A stretch of DNA of 38,203 nt, taken from Cyclobacteriaceae bacterium (GTDB lineage Bacteria; Bacteroidota; Bacteroidia; Cytophagales; Cyclobacteriaceae). Shown in pieces: positions 35,821 to 38,203 of the stretch (position 1 is the first letter of the stretch; every line of letters begins with the position of its first letter). A program made the position numbers and the translations under genes. The notes beneath the pieces are model-generated. The model made no database searches and was not told where the DNA came from. It worked only from the letters and a program-made list of their open reading frames with translations. The stretch spans positions 1 to 38,203 of the forward strand of contig DAORAG010000001.1 in assembly GCA_035344095.1 (NCBI GenBank), given 5' to 3'.

Positions 35821-38203
35821 ATGAAGAGAGCAGCGATATTTCTGTCATTTATTTTTTCTCTCTGGGTACATAGTCTTTGTGCCCAGGATCTTTGGACGGG
35901 TAATGGTCCTTATGGTGGTGACGTAAGAGATGTGATTTATTCACCTAGTGGCACATTGTTATCTGTTACCTATGGAGGAGTATTTCGCTCCACCAATGAA
36001 GGCAACTCCTGGACCCGAGTGACCAGCGGATTTGATCAATTTGATATTGACTTCCGTGATATAGAGGTGGATGGAGCAGGTAAGTTATATGCGATTACCT
36101 ATTCGAATTTGTACACTTCTGTTAATGACGGAGTGTCGTGGATTAAAACTACTACGACCTCTTCATTTTTTGATGGCCGAATGCTTCGTGTTGCACCTGA
36201 TGGTGACATCTACCTTGCGACACTTAACAATGTAATGCGTTCGTCTAATGGAGGTGCCTCATTTTCCAATACCCTATATCCTGGTGGAAATGAAATTACC
36301 GGGCTTGAGGTAAATTCATTGGAATCTGTTTTTGTTGCAAGATACTTTCAAAGCATTCTGAAGGGGACAAACAACGGGACAAGTTGGGCTGATGCAGGAT
36401 CAAGTGGTTTTCCTACTATCGCAGGTCATAATTACAGAATTGCGCTGGATAATGCTACTCCAAATAATCTTTACGCACTGACCAATGAGGGGCCTTACAA
36501 AATTTCAACAACAGGCTCTATTTGGAGTTCAGTTAAAAACAATTTGACAGAGACCAACTATTATGGTCGCATTTATTTCCGCCAGGGAAATTTGTTTTTA
36601 TTCAACAATGACGTGAACCAAATGTTTAACTCCTCCGATGGTGGAGTTACGTGGAGCACGGGCAGAGATTATTTTCGAGCTGCAGAAATCATCTCACTCG
36701 CAGCCAAATCTGCAACCGAGTTATATAAAGCTGCCTCGTCTTACGGCATATACAAGTCATCAGATGCTGGCATATCATGGAGTGATTCTAATAATGGGAT
36801 CAAAGCCATTAACCCGAGACAGATTATCATAACGTCAAACGAAAAGAGGCTTTTGGTGCCCGCAAATGATCGAGGATATCAAATTTCTCTTGATGAGGGA
36901 GATACCTGGAATTTGCTGGCAGCGGGGACAGTGGACCGTTATATCAGGGGGATCTTGTTGCTCGATGATAACTCCATCATCGCATACGGAGATGGCGTCA
37001 TAAGGTCGACTAATGACGCGACATCATGGGTTGTTCAGAATACCAATGGTTTTTATAATCCTATGGCTGTCTCTGGAAATAATCTTTATACGGTGCAGGG
37101 AACGAACCTGATGGTCAGTGCAGATTTTGGAGTTAATTGGACCACAACAGCCATTAGTGGAATTTCAGGAGGGTACGACAAGATACTGGCCGACAACTCG
37201 GGTAACGTATATATAAGAGAGTATAACAACCGAGTATACAAAATTCCTAATGGCTCGTCCTCAGCTACCCAATTGACACCGAACGCATTTGACTTCACTC
37301 TGGTTGGGGATGTATTATTGATACTGTCTTCCAACACCGCAATGGAAAAATCTACCGATGGCGGAGTTGCCTTTACCACCACCACTTGGTCAACCAGTTT
37401 TCGAGCGAGTAAGATATGGGCATATACAGAAAGAGACATTTTCGCCATGGGTATTCAGAATGGAAATTTTCAAATTTCCAATGATGGCGGAGTTTCCTGG
37501 GTAGCCAAAAATTTATTGGATGCCAATGCGTTTGTAAATGATCTTGCATGGATTCAAAAACCACTGAGCACCAGCGCTGGAAATGAAACATTTTTATTTT
37601 TGGCGCCCATAGGGTCGGTGATTCATAAAAGTGTAAACGGAGTAATTCTTCCGCCTGCGCCAACAAACCTTACCCTTAAAGCGACAACTTACAACCAGGC
37701 CACAATAATTTGGGACTTTGAGACAGATAATTTCAACACGGAGAGTTTTGTCGTTGAGACATCTGTGGGTAACAATTTTTCATACAATGAAGATGGTAGT
37801 TTTGGGTTTCTTGGGCCAAATAACCAGGGGAGGTGGGATTATCCACTTTTTGGAGACCCTGGATCACAGACCTATGTCAGGGTTAAAGGTGTAAATAGTG
37901 CAGGCAGCTCACCATACAGCAATGAATTGATTATCAACTTTCCGCCACAGTGCACCACGGACGTGCCAGATAACCGGAGCTGGACGGCAGTGGCCACACC
38001 CGATCCTGGATTTACTGCGCCTGGAGGAGCAGGACCTTTTACATCAACTTCAGCAGCAATTAAATTCCGTGCCGGCACAACGAATACTTATGCAGTCAAC
38101 GATTATTTATTTGGAATAGATAATACCAATCGAAGTGCCATCTTTGATGAAAACTGTGGTGCCACATATTTAGCACAAAATGGATGGCACCTGACCAATG
38201 GTG
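35821..38203 (+). CDS. Large secreted BNR/Asp-box beta-propeller + FN3 protein (partial, >794 aa, not in ORF track)
   Basis: Frame open from ATG 35821 to the window end. Signal peptide MKRAAIFLS...LCAQ; about 12 SxDxGxTW-like boxes; FN3 from PPAPTNL to VKGVNSAGSSPYSNE (about 37650-37930). Confidence 0.9.
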   Translation, partial: MKRAAIFLSFIFSLWVHSLCAQDLWTGNGPYGGDVRDVIYSPSGTLLSVTYGGVFRSTNEGNSWTRVTSGFDQFDIDFRDIEVDGAGKLYAITYSNLYTSVNDGVSWIKTTTTSSFFDGRMLRVAPDGDIYLATLNNVMRSSNGGASFSNTLYPGGNEITGLEVNSLESVFVARYFQSILKGTNNGTSWADAGSSGFPTIAGHNYRIALDNATPNNLYALTNEGPYKISTTGSIWSSVKNNLTETNYYGRIYFRQGNLFLFNNDVNQMFNSSDGGVTWSTGRDYFRAAEIISLAAKSATELYKAASSYGIYKSSDAGISWSDSNNGIKAINPRQIIITSNEKRLLVPANDRGYQISLDEGDTWNLLAAGTVDRYIRGILLLDDNSIIAYGDGVIRSTNDATSWVVQNTNGFYNPMAVSGNNLYTVQGTNLMVSADFGVNWTTTAISGISGGYDKILADNSGNVYIREYNNRVYKIPNGSSSATQLTPNAFDFTLVGDVLLILSSNTAMEKSTDGGVAFTTTTWSTSFRASKIWAYTERDIFAMGIQNGNFQISNDGGVSWVAKNLLDANAFVNDLAWIQKPLSTSAGNETFLFLAPIGSVIHKSVNGVILPPAPTNLTLKATTYNQATIIWDFETDNFNTESFVVETSVGNNFSYNEDGSFGFLGPNNQGRWDYPLFGDPGSQTYVRVKGVNSAGSSPYSNELIINFPPQCTTDVPDNRSWTAVATPDPGFTAPGGAGPFTSTSAAIKFRAGTTNTYAVNDYLFGIDNTNRSAIFDENCGATYLAQNGWHLTNG

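Noticed and set aside
35980-37500. Recurring TC-N-N-GA(T/C)GG...TGG-like nucleotide pattern as a repeat array or CRISPR
   Set aside because: These are degenerate Asp-box coding repeats inside one ORF, with no identical direct repeats or spacers.
1-38203. tRNA, rRNA, IS elements, prophage or defence genes
   Set aside because: Intergenic gaps are all under about 180 bp with no cloverleaf or terminal inverted repeats, and I recognised no transposase, integrase or phage protein.

Overview
A gene-dense, mostly housekeeping chromosomal window from a Bacteroidota bacterium, most likely Cytophagales. Support for this: gldE-gldD next to mutY-ssb, a murF-alr fusion, the hup-TPR-bS22-rng cluster and many TAnnTTTG -7 promoters. 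It holds about 35 CDSs, including purK/purE, feoAB, csaA, rluD, rnr, lipB, htpG and recG. Four are missing from the ORF track: a TerC 3' end, a 56-aa ORF ending KKNLGCG, the 29-aa bS22-like protein, and a >794-aa BNR-propeller/FN3 secreted protein that runs off the window. I saw no tRNA, rRNA, CRISPR array or mobile element. The best leads are: (1) a CysL/YeiE-type LysR whose last codons contain a tandem ATA-N9-TAT operator upstream of a non-canonical ThrC-like PLP enzyme, possibly a sulfite-handling module; (2) the small GCG-ending ORF sharing a putative iron box with feoAB; (3) a three-way-junction RNA leader before ssb; (4) a perfect 24-bp palindrome in the end of rng beside a sigma54-like htpG promoter. 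All family calls come from motif recognition by eye; no database searches were run.
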